A stretch of 64,000 bases of DNA from Alphaproteobacteria bacterium (lineage in GTDB: Bacteria > Pseudomonadota > Alphaproteobacteria > Rs-D84): NCBI GenBank assembly GCA_017524525.1, contig JAFXVM010000016.1, positions 45,165 to 109,164 of the forward strand, written 5' to 3'. A program made the position numbers and the translations under genes. Below are positions 17,959-27,725 of this stretch, in pieces. The notes beneath the pieces were generated by a model. It did not search any database. It was not told the DNA's origin and saw only the letters and a program-made list of their open reading frames with translations. The number at the start of each line of letters is the position of its first letter. Position 1 is the first letter of the stretch.

Positions 17959-19619
17959 GTTTTGACATAGGCTATGATGTTTTGCCGCATGAATACAAAG
18001 GCGCTGTTTATAATCGCGAAAGTGCGAATCGGTTACGCTGGGTAAAATTTGGTTTCGTTTTAATGTTTTGTGTTTTTATCGCTAGAACTTTGCAACTGGG
18101 GCTGCAAAGCAACGACATAGGAAAATATAATGGCTATGCTAATGAAATAGAAAGTCGTGCTGATATCATTGACAGAAATGGTGTCGTTTTGGCAAAAAGT
18201 GTAAAATCTGGTAACATAAAATTATTCCCTGGTCGTGTTAAGGATAAAGATATAAATGAAGTTGCAAATGTAATTCATGAAATTGCACCTATGGATTATA
18301 GTGTAAGTGATGCTCTTAATTTAATCAAATCTGGTAAACGTGGGTTGTATATTAAAAAGAATGCAAGTGAAGAACAGATTAAACTGGTTAAAGAAGCGCA
18401 CAGAAAATATAACTGTTTTGAGGTCGAACAATTTACACGACGTCGTTATCCGCAAAGAAATGTTTTTGCGCATGTTGTGGGATTTGCTGGTAAAGACGCA
18501 GGATTAGAGGGTGTTGAATATATTTATGATGAATATTTAAAGGAAAACGAAGATCCTTTGAGACTTTCTATTGATTCGCGCGTTCAAAATATTTTTTATG
18601 AACAGTTAAGTATCGCTATGAATAAATATCAAGCCAAAGGCGCCATGGGAATGTTGATGAATTCCAGTACTGGTGAAATGATTGCGATGGTTCAAATTCC
18701 TGATTACGACCCAAATGATATAAATTCAAGTTCGGCATCTGTGCGTAAATTTAAATTATTACGTAATAATTTTGAAATGGGGTCTATATTTAAGATATTT
18801 AATACTGCGCTGGCTTATGAAAATAATTTGCAGAACAAAGATTACAAAGTAGATCAACCTTTGATGATTTATGATAAATTTGGCAGACCTGCAATGAAAA
18901 AACCTATTGATGATGTTGCTTCTTTTAAACGGGATGTTGTTAAAAAAATGGGCAAAAGAAGTTTGAAGGCTCCAGAAATAATGTTGTATTCCTGTAATGT
19001 AGGAAGTGCCAGAATAGCATTAGATTTGCCAAATGGTGCCCAGAAAGAATTTTTCCATAGATTGAATTTTGATAAACCTTTGGATTTGGAATTTGGAAAA
19101 ACAGAAACGGCATTAACATATAAAGTATGGGGACCTACGGAAAGGGCGACTGCGGCATTTGGACATGGAATAGCAGTAACTCCTATGCATTTGTTATTGG
19201 CTGTGAATGCTATGACAAACGGTGGAATTTATATTTATCCTACGCTTTTGAAACGTAATATAGGCGCGGTTCGTGGAGAAAGAGTTTTAAATGCAGATAT
19301 TTCTGCGAAATTGCGTAATATCATGTTTAATATCGCTGAACAAACTACTGCTAAAAAGGCAAGAGTAAAAGGAATAGAAGTTGGTGGAAAAACAGGAACA
19401 GCAGAAAAACGTGGTGCTGATAGAAGAACAGATAAAAACAGAAATACAACAGTCTTTACAGGAATATTCCCAGTGTCTGCGCCGCAATATATTATAATGA
19501 TTATGCTGGACGAACCCCAAGGAACAAAAGAATCAGGGGGCTGGAAAACTGCTGCTTGGAATGCTGTGCCGACTGCTGGGGCGATTTTAGATGGCATAGT
19601 TCCATTATTGTTTGAATAA
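17955..19619 (+). CDS. ftsI: Class B penicillin-binding protein (FtsI/PBP3)
   Basis: RADIIDRNG, SxxK (SIFK), SxN (SCN), KTGT. Confidence 0.9.
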   Translation: MSFDIGYDVLPHEYKGAVYNRESANRLRWVKFGFVLMFCVFIARTLQLGLQSNDIGKYNGYANEIESRADIIDRNGVVLAKSVKSGNIKLFPGRVKDKDINEVANVIHEIAPMDYSVSDALNLIKSGKRGLYIKKNASEEQIKLVKEAHRKYNCFEVEQFTRRRYPQRNVFAHVVGFAGKDAGLEGVEYIYDEYLKENEDPLRLSIDSRVQNIFYEQLSIAMNKYQAKGAMGMLMNSSTGEMIAMVQIPDYDPNDINSSSASVRKFKLLRNNFEMGSIFKIFNTALAYENNLQNKDYKVDQPLMIYDKFGRPAMKKPIDDVASFKRDVVKKMGKRSLKAPEIMLYSCNVGSARIALDLPNGAQKEFFHRLNFDKPLDLEFGKTETALTYKVWGPTERATAAFGHGIAVTPMHLLLAVNAMTNGGIYIYPTLLKRNIGAVRGERVLNADISAKLRNIMFNIAEQTTAKKARVKGIEVGGKTGTAEKRGADRRTDKNRNTTVFTGIFPVSAPQYIIMIMLDEPQGTKESGGWKTAAWNAVPTAGAILDGIVPLLFE

Positions 19620-19678
19620 AATTGCTATTTTAAGAAATTTGTATTATAATTATACCGACAATAAAAAAAGAGTGTAGC

Positions 19679-21433
19679 GTGCGTAAGATAGTAGAAAGTT
19701 CTATGCTTGGTAAAGCATGGACCGTGTCGGATAATAATAATCTAGGTATAGATGTAAACGATACAGAAAATTTAGTCAAAAATATTTTAAAATCTCGTGG
19801 CATAGAAGACGAGACGCAGATTTTGCGTTTTTTGCATCCGTCTATTAAAGAGTATATGCCAGATCCTTTTGTTTTGAAAGATATGGATGTGGCGACACGG
19901 GTAATTGCAGATGCTGTGTGTGCTCATAAAAAAATCGCGATTTATGGCGATTATGATGTTGATGGTATAACTTCCACTGCGATTTTTGTAAAATATTTGC
20001 GCAAAATAGGTGTTGATGTTTCTTGGTATTTGCCAACCAGAGAAGGCGAAGGTTATGGGTTAAATATATCTGCCGTTGAACAAATTGCACAAAGCGGTGT
20101 CAGTTTAATGATAACTGTCGATTGCGGTATAAGCGGCGTAGATGAAGTAAAAAAAGCGAAAGAACTGGGGTTGGCTGTTGTAATTACGGATCATCATTCG
20201 CCGGATAATGTTTTGCCAGATGCAGATGCTATTGTGAACCCTAAACGCGAAGATGACAAATCAGGTCTGTCTTTTTTGGCAGGGGTCGGGGTCGCGTTTT
20301 TGACTGTGGTTGCATTGAATCGTGAATTGAAAAATAGAAACTTTTTCAATGAAAATATACCACAAATAAATTTGTTAAACTATATGGATTTTGTCGCACT
20401 TGGGACAATATGTGATACTATGCCTTTGGTTGATTTAAATCGTGCTTTTGTATCAACAGGATTAAAAGTTTTGGGTTTGAGACAAAATCTTGGTCTTCGT
20501 ACATTGATGGACTTGGCCGGTATAAAGCAGCCTTCGGTGTATGCTGTGGGCTTTGCTTTGGGCCCCCGTCTTAATGCGGCAGGGCGTCTTGATTCTGCCG
20601 CGCCAGCATTGGAATTATTGTTAACTGAAAACCCATTAGTGGCAAATGATTTAGCAAACAGATTGCATCACATGAACCAAGAAAGAATAGATATTCAAAA
20701 TTCTATTATGATTAATGCAATAGAAATGGCAAACAAATGTTGCGAAAAAGGCAGATGCAGTTTATTCGTTTGTGGCGATAATTGGCATGGTGGCGTTATG
20801 GGAATTATCGCAGGTAGATTAAAAGATAAATATAATTTGCCTACATGTGTTGCAACTCGTAATGATGGGATAATAAATGGTTCGGGGCGTTCTGTGTCGA
20901 ATATAGATTTGGGTAAAATAATTCACGAAGCATTGTCTTTGGGAATTTTGACAGAGGGTGGTGGACATGCGGCTGCCGCTGGTTTTACATTGAATGTTGA
21001 CCGTGAACAAGATTTTTGCGATTTTCTTGAAAAGTCTGTTAATGAACAATTAAAAGGGGAAAAACCAAATCCTGAAATTATCGTTGATGCCCAGATTGAT
21101 GCATCTGGTGCTACCATGAAATTGATTGAAAGTTTGGCTGATTTGGCTCCGTTTGGGCAAGGAAATCCAGAACCGAATTTCGTCCTTTGTGGCTGTGTTT
21201 TAAAATTTGCCAGTGTTATGGGTAATGGCGCGCATTTACGCGGAGTGGTAAGAACCAGTAATGGAAATCAGTTGTCTTTTGTTGGTTTTAATTTAGTGGG
21301 GACGCCTGTTGGTGATTTTTTACTGGACGAAGCGAACACAAATACTAAAATAATGATGTTGGGCAAATTGAAAGAAAACGACTATAATGGTCGTTTAAGC
21401 GTTCAATTTAGTTTGGAAGATATGGCTTTATGA
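19679..21433 (+). CDS. recJ: ssDNA exonuclease RecJ
   Basis: GDYDVDG, TVDCG, TDHH, PRLNAAGR, GGHAAAAG, PFGQGNPEP. Confidence 0.96.
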   Translation: MRKIVESSMLGKAWTVSDNNNLGIDVNDTENLVKNILKSRGIEDETQILRFLHPSIKEYMPDPFVLKDMDVATRVIADAVCAHKKIAIYGDYDVDGITSTAIFVKYLRKIGVDVSWYLPTREGEGYGLNISAVEQIAQSGVSLMITVDCGISGVDEVKKAKELGLAVVITDHHSPDNVLPDADAIVNPKREDDKSGLSFLAGVGVAFLTVVALNRELKNRNFFNENIPQINLLNYMDFVALGTICDTMPLVDLNRAFVSTGLKVLGLRQNLGLRTLMDLAGIKQPSVYAVGFALGPRLNAAGRLDSAAPALELLLTENPLVANDLANRLHHMNQERIDIQNSIMINAIEMANKCCEKGRCSLFVCGDNWHGGVMGIIAGRLKDKYNLPTCVATRNDGIINGSGRSVSNIDLGKIIHEALSLGILTEGGGHAAAAGFTLNVDREQDFCDFLEKSVNEQLKGEKPNPEIIVDAQIDASGATMKLIESLADLAPFGQGNPEPNFVLCGCVLKFASVMGNGAHLRGVVRTSNGNQLSFVGFNLVGTPVGDFLLDEANTNTKIMMLGKLKENDYNGRLSVQFSLEDMAL

Positions 21434-22386
21434 TGAAAAAAATAGAATTATTAATAGAAAAAATAAAAAACGCGAAATCTATCGCTATATCTGGACATAA
21501 AAATCCAGATGGAGATGCTTTGTGTTCTGTGTTGGCATTGAAAAAAATTATTGAATTGAATTTTGGTAAAAAACCAGTTGTTATTTACGATGGTAATATT
21601 CCAAAAGATTTAGATAATGTACCTTTGCGAGATTCAGCATGTTTTTATGCGCATATTCCAGAAAAAACAAAATATGATTTATATTTGCTGGTTGATTATG
21701 GCACAAGAAAACATTTAGGTGGCGTAGAAAAATTTGTGAATAGTGCTGATTTTGTGGTTGAATTTGACCATCATAATAATGATGATTTGGTGGGAACATT
21801 GTGTTTTGATGATACTGAAAAGGCTGCGGCTGCTCAAATTATATATGATATCGCGCGCAAGGCTAAGTTTGAAATTGATGACGATATTAGAAATTTGTTG
21901 GCCATAGGTATTATTACAGATACTGGTAATTTTAAATTTGTGCGTCGCAATGATGTGTTGCTTGATATGGCGTCGTTGGTTGATGCTGGTGTCTGTATAG
22001 CAAATTTAGTGAATCTTTTGAATAACAAAGATAAAAAAACCGTTCTTGTTGAATCAAAGGCGGCAAGCGAAGCTGAATTTTTTATGAAAGGTCGTCTTGC
22101 AATTGCGACAATAGGTCGTAAAGATTATAAAAAACTGGATGGTCGTGGCGAATTGGTTTTGCGCGTGTTGGGTGAAATACACGGGGTAGATTATGTTGTG
22201 TTGTTAAAGGAACAGCGCGAAAATCAGGTTGGAATTTCTTTCCGCAGTCGTAATAAACCGATAAATAAAATTGCGGAATCATTTGGGGGAGGCGGGCATT
22301 TATATGCAGCAGGTGCTGTGGTCCAGGATAGTTTGGAAAATGTACACGAACAGGTAATAAATGCTTTCAAGGAGATGTTAAAATGA
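21430..22386 (+). CDS. DHH family oligoribonuclease/pAp phosphatase (NrnA-like)
   Basis: HKNPDGD, DHH, TDTGNF, GGGH..AAG. Confidence 0.85.
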   Translation: MMKKIELLIEKIKNAKSIAISGHKNPDGDALCSVLALKKIIELNFGKKPVVIYDGNIPKDLDNVPLRDSACFYAHIPEKTKYDLYLLVDYGTRKHLGGVEKFVNSADFVVEFDHHNNDDLVGTLCFDDTEKAAAAQIIYDIARKAKFEIDDDIRNLLAIGIITDTGNFKFVRRNDVLLDMASLVDAGVCIANLVNLLNNKDKKTVLVESKAASEAEFFMKGRLAIATIGRKDYKKLDGRGELVLRVLGEIHGVDYVVLLKEQRENQVGISFRSRNKPINKIAESFGGGGHLYAAGAVVQDSLENVHEQVINAFKEMLK

Positions 22387-22997
22387 AAAAAATAATATTT
22401 GCTTTTTTAGTTGGAATTGTTTGTTTGTCTGCAAATGGGGCTGTTGATAAAGGTTTGGTAAAAAGCGCAGAAAAATATCTTAATTCAATAACTGGTTTAC
22501 AGGGTGGTTTTGTTCAAACTTCCAATGGTCAAAAACAGCATGGAACTTTTTCAATGTTGCGTCCTGGTCGTGTTAGATTGGATTACAAAGATGCACCAAT
22601 TCAATTGATTGCTGATGGTAAAGATTTATATTTTTATGATAAATCTTTGGATCAAATAACAACTGTGCCTTTGACCAGTACTCCTGCGGGAATATTGGTT
22701 CGCAAAAAAATCGATTTACAAAACGCAGATATAAACGTTGTTGAAACTTCAAGTGATAAAAATACTTTTACTTTGAAAATGAATTTGCGGGGGCAAGAAG
22801 GTCTGGGAAATATGTCTGTGGTTTTTGATAAAAAACCTGTAAAGTTAAATTCTTGGTCTGTGGTTGACGCAACTTCTGCTAAGACAGATGTTGTTTTTCA
22901 AAATTTGAAAACCAAGACAGATTTTGGAAAAAATTATTTCCAATTATCACGTCATAAAACTGTGTCTACAAGTGGTGGCGATGATTTCTATGATTAA
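22383..22997 (+). CDS. lolA: Outer membrane lipoprotein carrier protein
   Basis: Signal peptide, F.Q, RPGRVRLDY, ADGK, TPAGIL. Confidence 0.85.
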   Translation: MKKIIFAFLVGIVCLSANGAVDKGLVKSAEKYLNSITGLQGGFVQTSNGQKQHGTFSMLRPGRVRLDYKDAPIQLIADGKDLYFYDKSLDQITTVPLTSTPAGILVRKKIDLQNADINVVETSSDKNTFTLKMNLRGQEGLGNMSVVFDKKPVKLNSWSVVDATSAKTDVVFQNLKTKTDFGKNYFQLSRHKTVSTSGGDDFYD

Positions 22998-23005
22998 GGT
23001 GAAAT

Positions 23006-23293
23006 ATGTTTGGTATCAGTTGGACCGAATTTTTAGTAATTTTATTAGTCGCAATTTGTGTTGTGCCAGCAAAATATTGGCCTGAGGTGGCGCGCTTTTT
23101 TGCGCGTGTTTTTAAATATATAAGAAATTTGGTATGGAAAATTACTGATTTTACTGAATCAGTTCAACAACGTATAGAGTTAGAAAAACCTATTGATGAT
23201 TTGTTGGAAAACGCTACGCAAAATGTGTTTGAACCAAAAAGAATCAAGAAAACATCAAAGAAAAAGCGAATAAAAATTATAAAGAAAAAATGA
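23006..23293 (+). CDS. tatB: Tat translocase TatB
   Basis: MFGISWTE...; directly upstream of tatC. Confidence 0.75.
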   Translation: MFGISWTEFLVILLVAICVVPAKYWPEVARFFARVFKYIRNLVWKITDFTESVQQRIELEKPIDDLLENATQNVFEPKRIKKTSKKKRIKIIKKK

Positions 23294-23997
23294 AAATGAC
23301 ATTGATGCAACATTTTGCAGAATTACGGCGCAGAATATTGTGGGTTGCGTTGATTTTTATTCTGGCGTTTTGTTTTGGATGGGTGGTTGCTCCAAATGTA
23401 GAGGTTTTTTTAACAGCGCCTTTGTTGAATGCATGGGATGATGCTTCGCTTTTATATACAGGGATAACAGATGGGTTGATGATACAGTTTTCTTTGGCAA
23501 CAATGATTGCGTTGATAATAACTGTGCCTGTGTTTTTATGGCATGTATGGGCGTATATTGCGCCGGGTTTACATAAAAACGAAAAACAGTTTTTGGTGCC
23601 GATATTTTTGATTTCTCCGTTGTTGTTTGTGATTGGGGCTGCGTTTGCGTTTTATGTTTTGTTTCCGTTTGCATTTAAATTCTTTCTTGAGATAAATGAA
23701 TCTGCGAACTTTCCGGTTGTTTTATTGCCGGCGGTCACGGGCTATTTGGCCTTTGCAATTGGTATGTTAAAGGTTTTTGGAATCGCCTTTCAAATGCCGC
23801 TTGTGCTGGTTGGGTTGAATAGAATAGGGGTTCTTTCAAGAAAGACTGCGATACAAAGTCGTAAATATGTAATTGTGTTAATATTTATTATGGCCGCTGT
23901 ATTGACGCCACCTGACGTTATTTCTCAAATTTTATTGGCGTTGCCGATGTTATTGCTTTTCGAACTTAGTATACTTTTTATGAAAAAAGACTCATAA
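23290..23997 (+). CDS. tatC: Tat translocase TatC
   Basis: HFAELRRR, APGL, FQMP, TPPD. Confidence 0.95.
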   Translation: MKMTLMQHFAELRRRILWVALIFILAFCFGWVVAPNVEVFLTAPLLNAWDDASLLYTGITDGLMIQFSLATMIALIITVPVFLWHVWAYIAPGLHKNEKQFLVPIFLISPLLFVIGAAFAFYVLFPFAFKFFLEINESANFPVVLLPAVTGYLAFAIGMLKVFGIAFQMPLVLVGLNRIGVLSRKTAIQSRKYVIVLIFIMAAVLTPPDVISQILLALPMLLLFELSILFMKKDS

Positions 23998-24037
23998 ATA
24001 TTTTATTTTAGCCTTGTTTTGTGGTATAATTTTTATC

Positions 24038-25681
24038 GTGGAAATAAGAAGTTTTCTTTATAAGGCGTTTGTTTTTTGCGCACTTGGTTTGTGTGCCTGT
24101 GATTTGCAACCAAAAATCGCTTCTATTCCTGATAGCGTTGGTATGTTTATTGAAGACAGGTATCCCGCGTTGTTGGCGGACCCAGAAACACAACCTGAAA
24201 TTTATAATTCTGCGGTGACAGATTATGGTGTGTACGCATCGCCTGAATTGTACGGTTCTTCGAACATAGATGATTATGTTTTATATGCCAGTGTGGATGA
24301 CTATGTTTTATTGCCAGAAGAAGATACTGTTGAGACTGTTGATAAAGAAGAAGATATAGAAGAACCAGAAATAATTGAACAAGAAGAAAAATCACAAACA
24401 CAAATCGAACAAGAAACAGAAGAAAAAATCCAAGAAGATTATTTGATTGTTCCTGTGTATGGCGGAAATACCGTTATAGACAAAGTCGAAGATATAAAAG
24501 TTCCAGAAAAGAAAAGCGATGATATTGTTGTTGCAAAAGGGGATACTGTATATTCATTGGCGCGAAAGAACAATATGACGGTTGATGAATTTGCCAAAAT
24601 AAATAATTTGCGTGAACCGTATACTTTGCGCACAGGACAAAAATTAACGACCAAGGCAGCGGCTGTAAAACCAGAAGAAAAAACAACCAAAGAAATTCCA
24701 AATATAATCTCACAAGAAAAGGTTAAAGAAATAAAAGCGGCTGCTGTGGCAAAGGCTGAAAATAAACCAGAAATTAAAACCGTAAAAAAGACAGAAGAAA
24801 AGAAAGTTGAAACAACTGTAAAAGAAGATGTTAAACCAACCAATACTAAACGCGTCGATGTTCAAGAAATCACGATAGAGAAAGGGGATACATTATATTC
24901 TTTGTCGCGTAAATATGAAATACCAGTGAATGATTTGGCGATTATGAATAAATTGTCTGCACCGTTTAATTTGTCTGTGGGGCAAAAAATAAAAGTGCCA
25001 AAATTGACCAGTGTTCCAACTCGTTCTGCGACAGAAATAAAAACAAAGACGGAAATTAAAAACGATACGATAAAACCGGTTGAAAAACAGACTGGGAAAA
25101 ATGCGCCCGAGAAAAAAGAAGTGAAAAAAGTTGCGGACAAGTCTGTACAGCAGAAACAGTCGTATACAAAGGCTAAACAACCAGAAACAAAGAATACGAA
25201 AAAAGCGGAATCAAAACCAAAAGAATCTGTGAAAAAAACACAAACTTCGACCAAGATTTCTTCTAATCCAAAGCAAGAATTGCCAAAGATTACGCCACGT
25301 TCTTCGTCTAAGTTTTCATGGCCAGTGCGCGGGAAAATTTTGTCTGGGTTTGGGCCAAAGAATGGTGGTTTGGTTAATGATGGTATAAACATTGCTGCAA
25401 ATGCTGGAACTTTGGTGCGCGCAGCAGAAAACGGTGTTGTTGCGTATGCTGGAAACGAAGTAAGGGGAATGGGAAATTTAATAATTATGCAACACAGCGA
25501 TGGTTGGATGACTGTGTACGCGCATCTTAGTTCTATGACTGTTAAACGCGGCGACAAGATAAATGTCGGACAACAAATTGGAAAAATTGGTCAAACAGGC
25601 AAAGTTGATAGACCACAATTACATTTTGAAATTCGTAAAGGAACCAAAGCATACAACCCGACTCTTTATCTAAAGAAATAA
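24038..25681 (+). CDS. LysM x2 / M23 lipoprotein (NlpD/DipM-like)
   Basis: Lipobox LCAC, two KGDT.YSL LysM domains, WPVRG..NDGINI..YAHL..PQLHFEIR. GTG start at 24038. Confidence 0.88.
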   Translation: MEIRSFLYKAFVFCALGLCACDLQPKIASIPDSVGMFIEDRYPALLADPETQPEIYNSAVTDYGVYASPELYGSSNIDDYVLYASVDDYVLLPEEDTVETVDKEEDIEEPEIIEQEEKSQTQIEQETEEKIQEDYLIVPVYGGNTVIDKVEDIKVPEKKSDDIVVAKGDTVYSLARKNNMTVDEFAKINNLREPYTLRTGQKLTTKAAAVKPEEKTTKEIPNIISQEKVKEIKAAAVAKAENKPEIKTVKKTEEKKVETTVKEDVKPTNTKRVDVQEITIEKGDTLYSLSRKYEIPVNDLAIMNKLSAPFNLSVGQKIKVPKLTSVPTRSATEIKTKTEIKNDTIKPVEKQTGKNAPEKKEVKKVADKSVQQKQSYTKAKQPETKNTKKAESKPKESVKKTQTSTKISSNPKQELPKITPRSSSKFSWPVRGKILSGFGPKNGGLVNDGINIAANAGTLVRAAENGVVAYAGNEVRGMGNLIIMQHSDGWMTVYAHLSSMTVKRGDKINVGQQIGKIGQTGKVDRPQLHFEIRKGTKAYNPTLYLKK

Positions 25682-25685
25682 CAAT

Positions 25686-26630
25686 ATGAAAAGATTGTTT
25701 TGTTTTTTGTTGTGTTCGTTTTTATTTGTATCAGCATCTTTTGGTGCTGACAGATGTTCTGCCCCAGATAAAACGTATGATGCAGATAAACGATGCTATG
25801 TAAGCAGAGAACTTTTTACAAAAACCCCGTATAATGCAGCCGCGCATTTGTTATTTTCTCCTATGATACAAGACTATTATTGTAGTGGGGCAATAGTTAA
25901 AGAAAAAGGTAAATTGTATTTATACACGGTTAAGCATTGTGTGGATGAATATAATGGAGATAATCGTAAAACCGTGTATGTAAAGTTGCCTGGAAGCAGT
26001 AAAATTATTACAGCAAAAATGTATCAAATATACCCCAGTGAAGATTTTGCAATATACAGTATAGACGATGATGTTGATATACCTTTTGTTGAATTAAGTC
26101 AAAAATTTTATGGTGATGATATTTTTTATGAAGATGAACAAAAGGTTCGTGTGATTGGATATGGGGCGTTAAAAATAATGACGGATGAAGAAATAGAAGA
26201 AGTAAGACAAAAATATGTGTTTTTTCTGCAAAATAAAAAGGGGAGAATAGTTCCAAACGATTATGTAAAAGAAGGCTTTGTGATACAAATAGAAGACGAT
26301 AAAGATTATAACAGCGCAAGAGAGTTTTTAAAATATTTAGTGAACAATGAAAATGATTATTATGAAAGTGTTTTTCAAGATCATGCTTTAAAAGTATCTG
26401 AGTGTACATATACACAGGTTGATGGTTTTTCTGGGTGTCAGGTTTGGGGGGCTAATTCTGGCAGTGGTTTGTATGACGAAGATAACAAAGTGGAAGGTTT
26501 TGTTTCAACAGGAACACAAATCATAGGCGGAAAATATCATGCTGGATTGGTTGGCACGGTTAGTACAGAACCCAAAGAAGAAGACAAAGGTTTTGAATTA
26601 ATAAAACAATTGGTTTTCGATAAAAAGTAA
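25686..26630 (+). CDS. Secreted trypsin-like serine protease
   Basis: Signal peptide, CSG..TVKHCV (His), EDFAIY (Asp), GANSGSG (Ser). Confidence 0.7.
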   Translation: MKRLFCFLLCSFLFVSASFGADRCSAPDKTYDADKRCYVSRELFTKTPYNAAAHLLFSPMIQDYYCSGAIVKEKGKLYLYTVKHCVDEYNGDNRKTVYVKLPGSSKIITAKMYQIYPSEDFAIYSIDDDVDIPFVELSQKFYGDDIFYEDEQKVRVIGYGALKIMTDEEIEEVRQKYVFFLQNKKGRIVPNDYVKEGFVIQIEDDKDYNSAREFLKYLVNNENDYYESVFQDHALKVSECTYTQVDGFSGCQVWGANSGSGLYDEDNKVEGFVSTGTQIIGGKYHAGLVGTVSTEPKEEDKGFELIKQLVFDKK

Positions 26631-26636
26631 AAAAAT

Positions 26637-26669
26637 AGGGGGCGATTTTTTCGCCCCTCGGTTTTTTTT
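26637..26669. terminator. Intrinsic terminator between convergent genes
   Basis: GGGGCGA-TTTTT-TCGCCCC flanked by A and T runs. Confidence 0.7.
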
Positions 26670-27228
26670 ATTGTTTTAATGTACCCCATGCTGCTTTGTA
26701 TCCGCCATCTCTGGTTAATATCAATTTAGCATTATCTAATTGGGTTGCTGTCAAACCACGGACAATATAAGATTCTTGCAGGCGTTCACCATTGTTTGCA
26801 ACTTTCAATTGTGGCAAATCAACGGACATTGCTTCCATTGCACAACATGTGTTATCATTGCATGCGCCACATTGATAAACTTGTGCTGTGTACACAGTAT
26901 TAGGGCGTAAATACACTAAATCAACAGTCATTTTTAACCCATCATCAGTTTCTTTGAACCAAATAGTTCCCATTTCTGCTTCGCCACCTTGGTTGCTGCG
27001 CGTAGCCATATTTGCTTTGACTTTTTTTACATCAGTACCTGAATAAGTTTGTTGAAAGATAACAGGGTTATTATCATGCATTTTATGGTGTTTTTTATGT
27101 TCTTTGTCCTTGTGATGTTTTTGATGCATTTCATGATTATGTGTATTGGTTGGGCACGTTGTGCATGCGCTTGTTAACAAAGATATGCCACAAAGTGATG
27201 CGATTAAAAATAGGTTTTTGTTTTTCAT
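26668..27228 (-). CDS. His-rich lipoprotein with degenerate Cu/Zn-SOD-like fold
   Basis: Lipobox TSAC, 9-His tract; GTIWFKETDDGL, DLPQL.V..NG and AAWGTL follow the SodC strand pattern, but the metal-binding His residues are missing. Confidence 0.6.
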   Translation of the reverse strand: MKNKNLFLIASLCGISLLTSACTTCPTNTHNHEMHQKHHKDKEHKKHHKMHDNNPVIFQQTYSGTDVKKVKANMATRSNQGGEAEMGTIWFKETDDGLKMTVDLVYLRPNTVYTAQVYQCGACNDNTCCAMEAMSVDLPQLKVANNGERLQESYIVRGLTATQLDNAKLILTRDGGYKAAWGTLKQ

Positions 27229-27323
27229 GTTTTTTTCTCCTTTTGGTTAATGGGTTTACAGGTGTATTTTATATTAAAACATCTAAAATATCGTCAGGTT
27301 TGAATGCCTAGGGACGAAAATAT

Positions 27324-27557
27324 ATTGCGCGTAAAAATAAAAAAGCCATAAAAAATGGCTTTTTATTTTTGGTGGACGCGCAGGGATACACTCGGGCAAA
27401 GCCCTGCGTGGCAACCGTGACGATTTTGCTGCGTTTATACTTGCAAAATCTACTTGTTGTCGAACAGCAACTTCGTTGGAGGGTTCTCATCCCATTGCGC
27501 GTAAAAATAAAAAAGCCATAAAAAATGGCTTTTTATTTTTGGTGGACGCGCAGGGAT
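27324..27557. repeat. 64-bp direct repeat (27324-27387, 27494-27557) bounding a 170-bp tRNA-linked unit
   Basis: Each copy is the last 18 nt of tRNA-Lys plus the hairpin AAAAATAAAAAAGCCAT-AAAAA-ATGGCTTTTTATTTTT. Confidence 0.9.
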
Positions 27558-27586
27558 TCGAACCCTGGACCCACTGATTAAGAGTC
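27539..27586 (-). repeat. att site: duplicated 3' half of tRNA-Lys
   Basis: 48 bp identical to 33924-33971, running from the anticodon arm to CCA. Confidence 0.95.
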
Positions 27587-27725
27587 TTTAACGTCTATAA
27601 AACTGAGATTTAACTTCCACTTATTTGCACTATTTTACGCACAATTCGTATTAAAACAGAACTTATATGTGACAAAAGTGGGATTTAGTTTATTTTTTCT
27701 CAAACCAATCTTAAAATACTAACAA

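Noticed and set aside
27324-27557. CRISPR array
   Set aside because: Only two 64-bp copies, derived from a tRNA end and hairpin; no cas genes.
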